Shown here piece after piece: positions 8,596 to 17,149 of a DNA stretch of 64,000 nt. Origin of the DNA: Patescibacteria group bacterium (GTDB lineage Bacteria; Patescibacteriota; Patescibacteriia; JACRDY01); NCBI GenBank assembly GCA_041671565.1, contig JBAZBH010000005.1:3083-67082 (forward strand), written 5' to 3'. Position numbers and translations under genes: made by a program. The first letter of the stretch is position 1, and each line of letters opens with the position of its first letter. The notes beneath the pieces are model-generated. The model made no database searches, had not been told where the DNA came from, and saw only the letters and a list, made by a program, of their open reading frames with translations.

Positions 8596-11500
8596 ATGAA
8601 TGAAGAATTTACTAAAAATTATTTAAATCGGATAATAGAAACCCATAAAAGCGGTCAGGCGACCGAGCATTCTTATCGTCCGGCACTTCAGGAATTGTTT
8701 GAAAAAGTTACGGCTTTAAGAGTTCATAACGAACCAAAACGGAGCGAATACGGCGCGCCGGATTTTGTTTTTGTCAACAAAAAGATTATAGTCGCTTACG
8801 CTGAAGCTAAGGATATTAATGTTTCTCTTAATGAAATAGAAAAGAGCGAGCAAATGATCCGTTATTATGGTTATACTAATATCATTTTAACCAATTCTTT
8901 GGAATTCAGATTTTATAAAAGCGGCCAAAAGTTTTATGAGCCGATAAAAATTGCCGAATTAAAATCAGGAGAAATTATTGCAGTTGAAGAAAATTTTAAG
9001 TTATTAGATGATTCCATAAAAGATTTTATCAGCGAGGCTAATGAGCCGATAAAATCCGGCGCGGTTTTGGCTAAAGTGATGGCGGGTAAGGCCCGCCGTA
9101 TTCGGGATAACATCAAGAAATTTTTAAAAGAAGGCAATACGCCGGCAAATGAAAGCTTGCTGTCCGTGTATAATGTTATTAAAAGATTACTCTTGGCTGA
9201 TTTGGATCATGATAAATTCGCTGATATGTACGCCCAGACGGTGGTTTATGGTTTATTTGTGGCGCGTTATAACGACGATACCCCTGATACTTTTTCCCGC
9301 CAAGAGGCGCGCGATTTGGTGCCGAGGTCAAATCCATTTTTACGCAAATTTTTTGATCATATTGCCGGGGAGGATTTTGACAAACGGATAGAGTTTATTG
9401 TTAGCGAACTTTGCGAGGAATTTATTCATGCCGATGTAAAGGCGATCGTCCACGATTATTATAAAGTGGAAAAGGATGACAGTCGCGACCCGATTATTCA
9501 TTTTTATGAAGATTTCTTGCAGGAGTATGACGCGGCCGAACGCAAAAAAATGGGAGTTTTTTATACTCCGTTGCCGGTGGTGCGGTTTATTGTGCGGGCG
9601 ATTGATGATGTGCTTAAAAAAGAGTTTGGTTTAAAGGGCTTAGCTGATACTTCTAAAGTGGAAATTCAGGGTGTCAGCCAGGGCAAGAAATATAAACAAA
9701 GCGTCCATAAAGTTCAGATACTTGATCCGGCCACTGGCACCGGTACATTCCTTAACGAAGTAATTGAGTATATTGAAAAATCATTCACCGGTCAGAAAGG
9801 CCGTTGGGTCAGTTATGCCCAGGAGGATCTGTTGCCCCGCCTTCACGGGTTTGAAATTATGATGGCCTCATACACCATCGCCCATCTTAAACTTTCCACC
9901 ACGCTTAAGGAGGGCGGAGTGGATATGGGCAAGGGGCGATTAGGCGTGTATTTGACCAATAGCTTAGAAAAAGCTGAAAGCTATGACAATACTCTTTTTG
10001 CCGGTTTGGGATTGGGTCAGGCAATCACCGATGAATCAGTTGCGGCCAATAAAGTCAAAAACGATCTGCCGATAATGGTGATATTAGGAAATCCGCCCTA
10101 TAATGTCAGTTCGCAGAATAAAGGCGAATGGATTGGCGAGTTGATAAAAGATTATAAGAAGGATTTAGGTGAAAGAAAGATTAACTTGGATGACGATTAT
10201 ATTAAATTTATTCGTTTTTCGCAGTATTTAATAGATAAAAACGGTGAAGGAATTATTGGCATGATTACCAATAATTCATACATAGACGGCATTACCCATC
10301 GGCAGATGCGCAAAACCCTTTTAGAGTCATTTGACTGTATTTATGTTTTAGATTTACACGGCAATGCCAAGAAAAAAGAAACCGCGCCCGACGGTGGTGT
10401 CGATCAGAATGTATTTAGTATTATGCAAGGCGTATCTATTACGATTTTTGTCAAAAAAGCCGGCAAGAAAAAAGCCCTCGGCGCGGTTTATCATGCTGAA
10501 TTATTTGGCAAACAAAAGGATAAATATGAGGCGTTGAACAACGCGACTATAGAAAAAATAAAATGGAAGAAGCTTGACTATAAAGAGCCTTATTATTTTT
10601 TTGTACCTAAAGATTTTAGTTCGCAAGAAGATTATGATAATGGTTTCTTAATAACAGATCTTTTTGATATTTATTCAGCTGGGATAAAAACAAAAGTTGA
10701 TGATATAGCAACTGATTTTAGCAGAAATATTTTATTTGACAGAATAAATAAAATTTTAACAAATAAGCCGTCGTTAAAAGAGCTTATTACTCAATATAAT
10801 CTAGGGACAAATACCACATGGGAATACGAAAAGGCGAGCAGGGCAATTTTTGATGAGTCAAAAATAAGAAATTTTTCATATAGGCCATTTGATTATAGAT
10901 TTGTATATTTTGATCACGATTTTTTATCTAGAAGTAGAAAGAAGGTTATGGAACACATCGTGAAGGATAATTTAGCACTATCTTTTATTCACCAAGGAAG
11001 AAATAAGGGAGTAGAAGCTCTAATTACAAAAGAAGTAACTTGTGAAGATTTTATTACAAACCATACTTTTACGGCTCCACTTTATCTTTACGATGGAAAA
11101 ATAAAAATGGGTGCCTCGGGAACTATTGAGGCCGAAAGAGTGCCAAATCTAAATTTGTTGATTGCAAGAAAGATCGCAGAATGCGTTGAGATGGTTTACT
11201 ACCCGGTTGCGGAATATGAAACTATTAAACCAGACAAGCGTCTTACTCCAGAGAACATCTTAGATTATATTTACGCGGTTTTATATTCTCCAAGTTATCG
11301 CGAGAAATATAAGGAGTTTTTGAAGATTGATTTTCCGCGCGTGCCATATCCCAAAGATGAAAAACAGTTTTTTGCGTTGGCTAGATTGGGCGAGGAATTG
11401 CGTCATCTGCATTTATTGGAAAGTCCGAAAGTTGATAATCCTATTACCACTTATCTAATAGCGGGCGATAATTTAGTTGAAAAAGTTAATTATCAAGATG

Positions 11501-11727
11501 GCAAGGTTTATATCAATAAAACCCAGTATTTTGTCGGAGTACCAGAAGAAGTTTGGAATTTTTATATTGGCGGCTATCAGCCGGCGCAAAAATGGCTTAA
11601 AGACCGCAAAGGCAGAAATCTTGCCAGTGAAGATATTGAACATTATCAAAAAATGATTGTTTCTATTTTTGAAACAATAAGAATTATGAAGGAGATTGAT
11701 CAAATTGTTGAAAAAAATAGTAAATAA
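8596..11727 (+). CDS. Type IIL/IIG restriction-modification enzyme, MmeI family (fused PD-ExK endonuclease, N6-adenine methyltransferase and TRD)
   Basis: N-terminal nuclease motif GAPDFVFVNKKIIVAYAEAK (D..E.K), MTase motif I ILDPATGTGTFL, motif IV ILGNPPYNVSS, total 1043 aa. Start taken at the ATG at 8596 because the track start 8521 overlaps mraY. Confidence 0.8.
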   Translation: MNEEFTKNYLNRIIETHKSGQATEHSYRPALQELFEKVTALRVHNEPKRSEYGAPDFVFVNKKIIVAYAEAKDINVSLNEIEKSEQMIRYYGYTNIILTNSLEFRFYKSGQKFYEPIKIAELKSGEIIAVEENFKLLDDSIKDFISEANEPIKSGAVLAKVMAGKARRIRDNIKKFLKEGNTPANESLLSVYNVIKRLLLADLDHDKFADMYAQTVVYGLFVARYNDDTPDTFSRQEARDLVPRSNPFLRKFFDHIAGEDFDKRIEFIVSELCEEFIHADVKAIVHDYYKVEKDDSRDPIIHFYEDFLQEYDAAERKKMGVFYTPLPVVRFIVRAIDDVLKKEFGLKGLADTSKVEIQGVSQGKKYKQSVHKVQILDPATGTGTFLNEVIEYIEKSFTGQKGRWVSYAQEDLLPRLHGFEIMMASYTIAHLKLSTTLKEGGVDMGKGRLGVYLTNSLEKAESYDNTLFAGLGLGQAITDESVAANKVKNDLPIMVILGNPPYNVSSQNKGEWIGELIKDYKKDLGERKINLDDDYIKFIRFSQYLIDKNGEGIIGMITNNSYIDGITHRQMRKTLLESFDCIYVLDLHGNAKKKETAPDGGVDQNVFSIMQGVSITIFVKKAGKKKALGAVYHAELFGKQKDKYEALNNATIEKIKWKKLDYKEPYYFFVPKDFSSQEDYDNGFLITDLFDIYSAGIKTKVDDIATDFSRNILFDRINKILTNKPSLKELITQYNLGTNTTWEYEKASRAIFDESKIRNFSYRPFDYRFVYFDHDFLSRSRKKVMEHIVKDNLALSFIHQGRNKGVEALITKEVTCEDFITNHTFTAPLYLYDGKIKMGASGTIEAERVPNLNLLIARKIAECVEMVYYPVAEYETIKPDKRLTPENILDYIYAVLYSPSYREKYKEFLKIDFPRVPYPKDEKQFFALARLGEELRHLHLLESPKVDNPITTYLIAGDNLVEKVNYQDGKVYINKTQYFVGVPEEVWNFYIGGYQPAQKWLKDRKGRNLASEDIEHYQKMIVSIFETIRIMKEIDQIVEKNSK

Positions 11728-11754
11728 AACCCGTTGACTAAAAAAATTATCTAT

Positions 11755-12147
11755 ATGATAAATAAAAATAGAATGGGCGAAATAAGTTTGATAATAGTTC
11801 TTATAGTTTTTGCTGGGCTATTTTTTTGGGCTAAACAATATTGGATCACCTTTCTAGCCTTGGTCATAACTTTAGTTGGTTGGCGCGTAGAAGATGTTTT
11901 ATATTTTTCTGTTACTAAGGAAGGAATTAAGGTTAAACTATCAGCATTACGGAAAGAATTTGAAACAACATTACGTTCAGATAAATCAATAGACGAAAAA
12001 GTAAAGGCATCGCAAGAATTAATTGATGAGGCCTTTCGCGCGGGCTATCAAATTGCCGGCGGTAAAAAAGTTGTTGGAACAATTAATAATGTAAAAATAT
12101 GGGGAAGCAAGGATGGTAATAAAAATATTCAGTATGATGAAACTTAA
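11755..12147 (+). CDS. hypothetical 2-TM membrane protein in the defence island
   Basis: Track ORF 11734..12147 begins at a TTG inside a TTGACT -35-like box; the first ATG is at 11755 (alternative 11773); 2 TM plus a soluble C-terminal domain; no motif. Confidence 0.35.
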   Translation: MINKNRMGEISLIIVLIVFAGLFFWAKQYWITFLALVITLVGWRVEDVLYFSVTKEGIKVKLSALRKEFETTLRSDKSIDEKVKASQELIDEAFRAGYQIAGGKKVVGTINNVKIWGSKDGNKNIQYDET

Positions 12148-12164
12148 TAAAAATTAATTAATAG

Positions 12165-12248
12165 TTGGTCAGCAAAAAAATAGACGAGGAAGTCTATCAG
12201 CTTTATGGTTTGACCGAGGAGGAGATAAAGGTGGTGGAGGGAAATTAA
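12165..12248 (+). pseudogene. orphan C-terminal fragment of an N6-adenine RM methyltransferase/type IIG enzyme (TaqI_C-like tail ...KKIDEEVYQLYGLTEEEIKVVEGN*)
   Basis: A 27-codon open frame ending in the characteristic ..VYxLYGLTEEEIxxVEG C-terminus of type IIG/gamma-class MTases; a stop sits immediately upstream in frame; the upstream MmeI-like ORF ends ...EIDQIVEKNSK, i.e. at a homologous IDxxV position. Confidence 0.5.
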
Positions 12249-12255
12249 TTGGATA

Positions 12256-12290
12256 AGAAAAGAACGAGTCGCGGTCTCGTTCTTTTATAT
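12256..12290. terminator. bidirectional rho-independent terminator hairpin between convergent genes
   Basis: AAGAACGAG-tcgcggt-CTCGTTCTT followed by TTTT on the plus strand and A-run on the other. Confidence 0.6.
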
Positions 12291-12668
12291 ATCTTGTTTT
12301 TTTAAATATTCTTTTAAACTTCGCGTGTAATCGTTATATTTGTCTTTTTTGCGGTGTCCTTCGTCGCGGAAACCTAACTCTTTTCGTTTTTCTATAAAAT
12401 CAAGATTAATTGCGCATTCAGCCAAATCAAGAAAATAAACTATTCTGTATCCGCCGCTTTTGCCTTTATTGCTATCTGGGTTGGGGATTCCGGCCGACCA
12501 GGCTTCGTAGCGATTTTTTGGCGATCGATAGACGAGTTTTTGACGCGGCAACTCGCAACGGCTCACTGTTGGCGCCCATAGTTTAATAGCATCTCGCACG
12601 GTAATTGAAATCCCATTTTTTTCGCACAGGCGCACAAATTGTTCTCGCTCAATATAAATCCAGGCCAT
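12285..12668 (-). CDS. HigB-2 / RelE-like toxin (PF06296-type) of a type II toxin-antitoxin pair
   Basis: Motif NKGKSGGYRIVYFLD matches the HigB-2 signature KGKGKRGGSRIIYYFLD; 12-nt spacing after the upstream antitoxin stop. Confidence 0.6.
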   Translation of the reverse strand: MAWIYIEREQFVRLCEKNGISITVRDAIKLWAPTVSRCELPRQKLVYRSPKNRYEAWSAGIPNPDSNKGKSGGYRIVYFLDLAECAINLDFIEKRKELGFRDEGHRKKDKYNDYTRSLKEYLKKQDI

Positions 12669-12680
12669 AGATGTGACAAC

Positions 12681-13181
12681 TTACCGAAAAAAATCAATGT
12701 CGCGCGCATAAGCGTAATCAACGACTTCATACGGTTTTGAATAGAACCAAGGCGCTTCAAGGTGCGTTTGGGCAACGATTTTTTCGGTCGGCCAATTTCC
12801 GAATTCGTCACAAATTTGTTTGAGTAATTTTTTTTGATTGACGGAGAAAACAGATTCATCAAAATTTTTTACATCTTTAATCTCAAAACTAATCATTTCG
12901 CCGTCCATATAATTGACTGATTTAGTATCAATTGCTCCTTCAGTTTTAAGTTTAGAAAGAATTTCATCAATTCGTGATGGTACGGGACCATAGCCCTGAT
13001 GTATATACACATCGCCAGTAACTGTTTTTTTATGATCACGAAAATATATAAAATCAAGATAATACAAAAGTTTATTTAGCTTTGTAGCATGTAAATACTG
13101 ATTATTACAGTATTTAATAAAATATAGGACGGCGTTATTGTAAACTCGCTCGTCAATTGCAGGGCAGATAGCTTTGACCAT
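12681..13181 (-). CDS. Panacea-domain (DUF4065, SocA-like) antitoxin
   Basis: KLNKLLYYLDFIYF...IHQGYGPVPSRI matches the Panacea signature (KLxKLLYY ... YGPV). The track gives a TTG start at 13223 that lies inside a TTGACA promoter box; the ATG at 13181 is preferred. Confidence 0.55.
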   Translation of the reverse strand: MVKAICPAIDERVYNNAVLYFIKYCNNQYLHATKLNKLLYYLDFIYFRDHKKTVTGDVYIHQGYGPVPSRIDEILSKLKTEGAIDTKSVNYMDGEMISFEIKDVKNFDESVFSVNQKKLLKQICDEFGNWPTEKIVAQTHLEAPWFYSKPYEVVDYAYARDIDFFR

Positions 13182-13258
13182 ATTGTTATCTGCATAATAA
13201 CATAAATAAGTATTTTTACGCAATTAAATCTTGTCAAGAATTAAGCTGTGTAAAACTT

Positions 13259-13288
13259 ATTGACAAAGCTTTGTTATCGGCGCTATAA
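13259..13288 (+). promoter_or_regulatory. promoter of the lexA-like/mazF operon (TTGACA-18-TATAAT) with an overlapping TTGTCAA...TTGACAA inverted repeat (candidate operator)
   Basis: TTGACA 13259..13264, TATAAT 13283..13288; cTTGTCAAg at about 13230 and TTGACAAa at 13259 form an inverted repeat. Confidence 0.45.
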
Positions 13289-13322
13289 TTGGGTAATAAG
13301 GCAGTACAATAAATAATGATAT

Positions 13323-14069
13323 ATGCATTTAATCCAAGAAAAATTGTTAAATTTAGCTAAAAATAATAATTTAACTGATTTAACATTAAGGAAAATAGGG
13401 GAATTAATCGGCGAACCGAATAGTCCCCAAAAAATAAAGCATCATTTGGATAAATTGATTGCCAAGGGTCTTCTGTTGGTCGGCGCTGACGGCAAGGCGT
13501 TAAAAGTCGCTGCTAGCGGCCTAGATGAAAAATCAAAGTTAGTTTCTTTGCCAATCGTTGGTTCGGCCAATTGCGGCGAGGCGCTGATTTGCGCCGATCA
13601 AATAGTTGAGGGTTACCTAAAAATATCTTTAAAAATTTTGGGTGATCAATTTAAAAATAGGCTAAAGGATCTATTTATTTTGCGCGCGGTGGGGAGCTCA
13701 ATGAATCGGGCAAATGTGAAAGATAAAAGCATCGAAGACGGAGACTTTGTGGTAGTCGAAAAGAATCAAGGAATTCCAGTTAGCGGCGAGTATGTGGTAT
13801 CGATAATTGATAATATGGCGAATATAAAAAAGTTTTTAGTTGATAAAAAAAACAGACAAATTGTTTTAATATCTGAATCAAATTTTAATATCCCTCCGAT
13901 CTATATACATGAGGATGATCTTTCTAATTATTTAGTTTGCGGCAAAGTGGTTGATGTTATCAAAAAACCGGATGAGCTTCTGTTCGCCAGAGACGAATCA
14001 GCCAAAGACATTTTGAAAACTATTGGTCCTATTTCCAGGGAAGACTATAATTATTATGAAAAATTATGA
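13323..14069 (+). CDS. LexA-like repressor (winged-HTH plus S24 self-cleaving peptidase) with a ~45-aa acidic C-terminal extension
   Basis: Aligns over the whole length to LexA: DNA-binding N-terminus, hinge LPIVGSANCGEA (LexA VAAGEP cleavage region), Ser in LRAVGSSMNRANVKD...DGDFVVV, Lys in ANIKKFLV; extra C-terminal tail DELLFARDESAKDILKTIGPISREDYNYYEKL. Confidence 0.8.
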   Translation: MHLIQEKLLNLAKNNNLTDLTLRKIGELIGEPNSPQKIKHHLDKLIAKGLLLVGADGKALKVAASGLDEKSKLVSLPIVGSANCGEALICADQIVEGYLKISLKILGDQFKNRLKDLFILRAVGSSMNRANVKDKSIEDGDFVVVEKNQGIPVSGEYVVSIIDNMANIKKFLVDKKNRQIVLISESNFNIPPIYIHEDDLSNYLVCGKVVDVIKKPDELLFARDESAKDILKTIGPISREDYNYYEKL

Positions 14070-14419
14070 TTAAAAAAGGCGATCTCGAGTTTGGCGATAT
14101 AGTCTGGACGGAGTTTGATCCTAGTGTTGGGCATGAGTATCAAAATAAAAGACCGGCTATAGTTATCCAATCCAATGAACAATTAAATAAATCTAATCTG
14201 GTAACAGTGATGCCGCTTACAACTCAAGCAGGCAATGTTACGGGAGATGATATTATAATTCCAACCGACCAAGATAATAGGTTGAGGGCGGATTCCGTCG
14301 CTAAGGTCTATTGTATAACTTCATTTGATTATAGTCGTTTTTCTAAAAAAATAGGTAAGGTTAATGCCAAATTGATTATTGCCCTGAAGGAGTATTTAAA
14401 AAAGCATTTTGATCTTTGA
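14066..14419 (+). CDS. mazF: MazF/PemK-family endoribonuclease toxin
   Basis: KKGDLEFGDIVWTEFDPSVGHEYQNKRPAIVIQSN matches the MazF/PemK core (GDIv..dFdP..GhEq...RPalVl); ATGA start/stop overlap with the lexA-like gene. Confidence 0.8.
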   Translation: MIKKGDLEFGDIVWTEFDPSVGHEYQNKRPAIVIQSNEQLNKSNLVTVMPLTTQAGNVTGDDIIIPTDQDNRLRADSVAKVYCITSFDYSRFSKKIGKVNAKLIIALKEYLKKHFDL

Positions 14420-14584
14420 GTTAATATTTTGAGTTATTTTGAAATTAGAAAGTTGCTTGTTAATAAAGTGACTTTTTTTGTTATTTCTGCTAAAATTATT
14501 TAGAAGATATCGCTAGAGTTAAGAAAAATTCCTTTTTAAGTAGTTTTTCAATTTTAGCCATTTTCTATTATAGGCAACCTATTT

Positions 14585-15979
14585 ATGAATGCTTTGGGCT
14601 TAAAAAATAAAAAAGTTCTAGTGATGGGGCTCGGCCTCCACGGCGGGGGGCTGGGCGTGACCAAGTGGCTAATCAAACAAGGCGCGCGGGTGACGGTGAC
14701 TGACTTGAAAACTAAAGAACAGCTGAAAGCTACCCTCCGAGAACTTAAAAGTCTGCCCATCAAATATGTTTTAGGCCGCCATCAGCCGGCCGATTTTAAA
14801 AATGCCGATTTGGTGATCCAAAATCCCGGTGTGCCGAGCGAATCGCCGTTTTTAAAAATTGCCAATAAAGCCGGCGTGCCAGTGGTAACCGACATGAGTT
14901 TGTTTTTTGAGCGTTGTCCGGCGCCGATTATTGGTATTACCGGCACTAAGGGTAAAACCACCACCACGACTTTAATCGGCAAGATTTTTCAGTCTGCCGG
15001 TAAAAAGCCGATTGTCGCCGGCAATATCCGAGTTTCGCCTTTGGATTTTTTGAATAAAATCAAGAAAAATTCCAGTGTGATTCTGGAGCTGTCGTCTTGG
15101 CAACTGGAAGGCCTCGCGCCGCTTAAAATCAGCCCGCAGATTGCTTTGATTACTAATCTTTCGCCCGATCACCTGAACCGCTATCGGTCACTTGGGGATT
15201 ACATTAAAGCCAAAACCCTCATTTTCAAATTTCAGCAGCCGGAAGACATTTGTATTTTAAACCGCGATAATCAAGCCAGTCGTCAGCTCGCGAAGTTGGT
15301 GCCCAGCCGGCTATTCTGGTTTTCCAAAAAGTATTTTACTAGCGGGAACGGCGGGTTTATTAAAGATGGTTGGCTGCGATTCCGTTCGGGAAATAAAACA
15401 GTTAAAGTGATTAAAACTTCGGCGGTCAAAATTCCCGGGGAACATAATTTAGAAAATATTTTAGCGGCGCTATCGTTGGCGCTAGTGGCCGGTGTTTCAT
15501 TGGCGGCGGTTCGGCAAGCGATAAAGCAGTTTACCGGCGTCAGCGACCGGCTGGAGTTAATTAAAACCGTTAAAGGTGTCAGCTATTATAATGACACGAC
15601 AGCGACCGCGCCGACAGCCGCGATCCAGGCTTTAAAAACTTTGGGCGGGCAAAAGAAAAATATAGTTCTCCTTGCCGGCGGGGCGGACAAGAAATTAGAA
15701 TTTGGCGAATTTGCCCAAGCGATAAAAAAATACGCCAAAGCCGTGGTGCTCTTTCGCGGGTCGGCGAGCGTTAAACTTAAAAAAGAATTGTTAAAATTAA
15801 ACTACTGGGTCATGACGGAAGTCGGGAGTATGCCGGCCGCGGTCAGCGCCGCGCAAAAATTGGCGCGAGCGGGCGAAATTATTTTACTCTCGCCGGGCGC
15901 GGCCAGTTTCGGGCTGTTTATTAATGAGTTTGATCGGGGAGAACAATTCAAAAATATCATTAAAGTATTAAAACATTAA
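14585..15979 (+). CDS. murD: UDP-N-acetylmuramoylalanine--D-glutamate ligase MurD
   Basis: N-terminal VLVMGLGLHGGGLGVTKWL Rossmann, Mur ligase GITGTKGKTTTT P-loop, 464 aa. Confidence 0.9.
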   Translation: MNALGLKNKKVLVMGLGLHGGGLGVTKWLIKQGARVTVTDLKTKEQLKATLRELKSLPIKYVLGRHQPADFKNADLVIQNPGVPSESPFLKIANKAGVPVVTDMSLFFERCPAPIIGITGTKGKTTTTTLIGKIFQSAGKKPIVAGNIRVSPLDFLNKIKKNSSVILELSSWQLEGLAPLKISPQIALITNLSPDHLNRYRSLGDYIKAKTLIFKFQQPEDICILNRDNQASRQLAKLVPSRLFWFSKKYFTSGNGGFIKDGWLRFRSGNKTVKVIKTSAVKIPGEHNLENILAALSLALVAGVSLAAVRQAIKQFTGVSDRLELIKTVKGVSYYNDTTATAPTAAIQALKTLGGQKKNIVLLAGGADKKLEFGEFAQAIKKYAKAVVLFRGSASVKLKKELLKLNYWVMTEVGSMPAAVSAAQKLARAGEIILLSPGAASFGLFINEFDRGEQFKNIIKVLKH

Positions 15980-16036
15980 AACTTGAAAACCAGGTGTGGC
16001 AAATTTGTTTTAATGTTTTAATGTTTTAATGTTTTT

Positions 16037-17143
16037 ATGACTCAACGGGGCCATCAGCCAGACTATTTTCTTATCGGCCTTTTCGCCGGGCTCCTGCTTT
16101 TCGGCTTGGTAATTTTGTCGTCGGCTAGCGCGCCGCTTGGCTATCAGAAATTTCAAGATCCTTATTATTTTATAAAGCACCAGCTCCTGACCGGCCTGTT
16201 GCCCGGTTTGATCCTGTTTGTTTTTTTTAGCCGTTTTCATTACCAAAAATTAAATAAACTCGCCATTTCGTTTTTGATTTTTTCCATTGTTTTACTGATT
16301 TTGGTGTTTATTCCGGGTTTGCAGGCAGAATATGGTTCGGCGCGCAGTTGGTTGAATATTTTTGGCTTTTCCGTCCAGCCGTCGGAAATCGTCAAGCTGA
16401 CATTTTTGATTTATTTGGCCGCCTGGCTGAATAACCGCGGCGAGCAGAAGGTTCAAGATCTCCACTCCAGCTTTGTGCCATTTATTGCGGCATTATCAAT
16501 TATTTCGCTCCTAATAATTTTACAGCCGGATTTGGGCACACTTTCAATTATTATCGTGGCGGCGGTGACGGTTTATTTTGTCGGCGGCGGCAATTTACGC
16601 CATTTGGCGGCGATGGGCGCGGCCGGGTTGGCGGCATTTTTACTGCTGATTAAAATCGCGCCTTACCGCATGAACCGGTTTATTGCTTTTTGGTCTCCGG
16701 GTAAAGACACACAAGATGTGACTTATCATCTGTGGCAGTCGTTGATTGCCATTGGTTCGGGCGGGTTCCTTGGTCTCGGTCTCGGCCACTCGCGGCAAAA
16801 GTTTTCCTATCTGCCGGAAGTGTCCGGCGATTCAATTTTCGCCATCATGGGTGAAGAGCTGGGATTTATTTTTACTTGTTTGTTTATCATTTTAATCATC
16901 ATGCTCGCTTACCGCGGTATCCAGCTCGCCAAGAACGCGCCGGACCGCTTCTCTCGCTTGCTGGTCGTCGGGATTATTGCTACTATCTCGTTTCAGGCGT
17001 TTATCAATATGGCCGGACTGTTGGCGCTGATGCCGATGACCGGCATTCCTTTACCGCTGGTTTCGGCCGGCGGCACGGCAATGATGACGACACTGGCGTC
17101 GGCGGGGATATTGGTGAATATTAGCAGGTTTAGCAAAGTTTAA
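16037..17143 (+). CDS. ftsW: FtsW/RodA/SpoVE family peptidoglycan polymerase
   Basis: 10-TM SEDS protein located between murD and murG (dcw order). Confidence 0.8.
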   Translation: MTQRGHQPDYFLIGLFAGLLLFGLVILSSASAPLGYQKFQDPYYFIKHQLLTGLLPGLILFVFFSRFHYQKLNKLAISFLIFSIVLLILVFIPGLQAEYGSARSWLNIFGFSVQPSEIVKLTFLIYLAAWLNNRGEQKVQDLHSSFVPFIAALSIISLLIILQPDLGTLSIIIVAAVTVYFVGGGNLRHLAAMGAAGLAAFLLLIKIAPYRMNRFIAFWSPGKDTQDVTYHLWQSLIAIGSGGFLGLGLGHSRQKFSYLPEVSGDSIFAIMGEELGFIFTCLFIILIIMLAYRGIQLAKNAPDRFSRLLVVGIIATISFQAFINMAGLLALMPMTGIPLPLVSAGGTAMMTTLASAGILVNISRFSKV

Positions 17144-17149
17144 GGGAGA

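Noticed and set aside
12563-12862. 99-aa ORF spanning the junction of the toxin and antitoxin genes
   Set aside because: Overlaps both well-supported TA genes in a different frame, with no motif. It is an artefact of the AT-rich reverse frame.
16876-17124. 82-aa ORF inside ftsW; similar internal or antisense ORFs inside iscS (5689..5934, 6339..6731), ftsE (22449..22781), MBL RNase (25034..25752), prfA (34786..35850) and dnaK (50006..51014)
   Set aside because: All are nested within, or antisense to, confidently identified conserved genes and have biased low-complexity translations.
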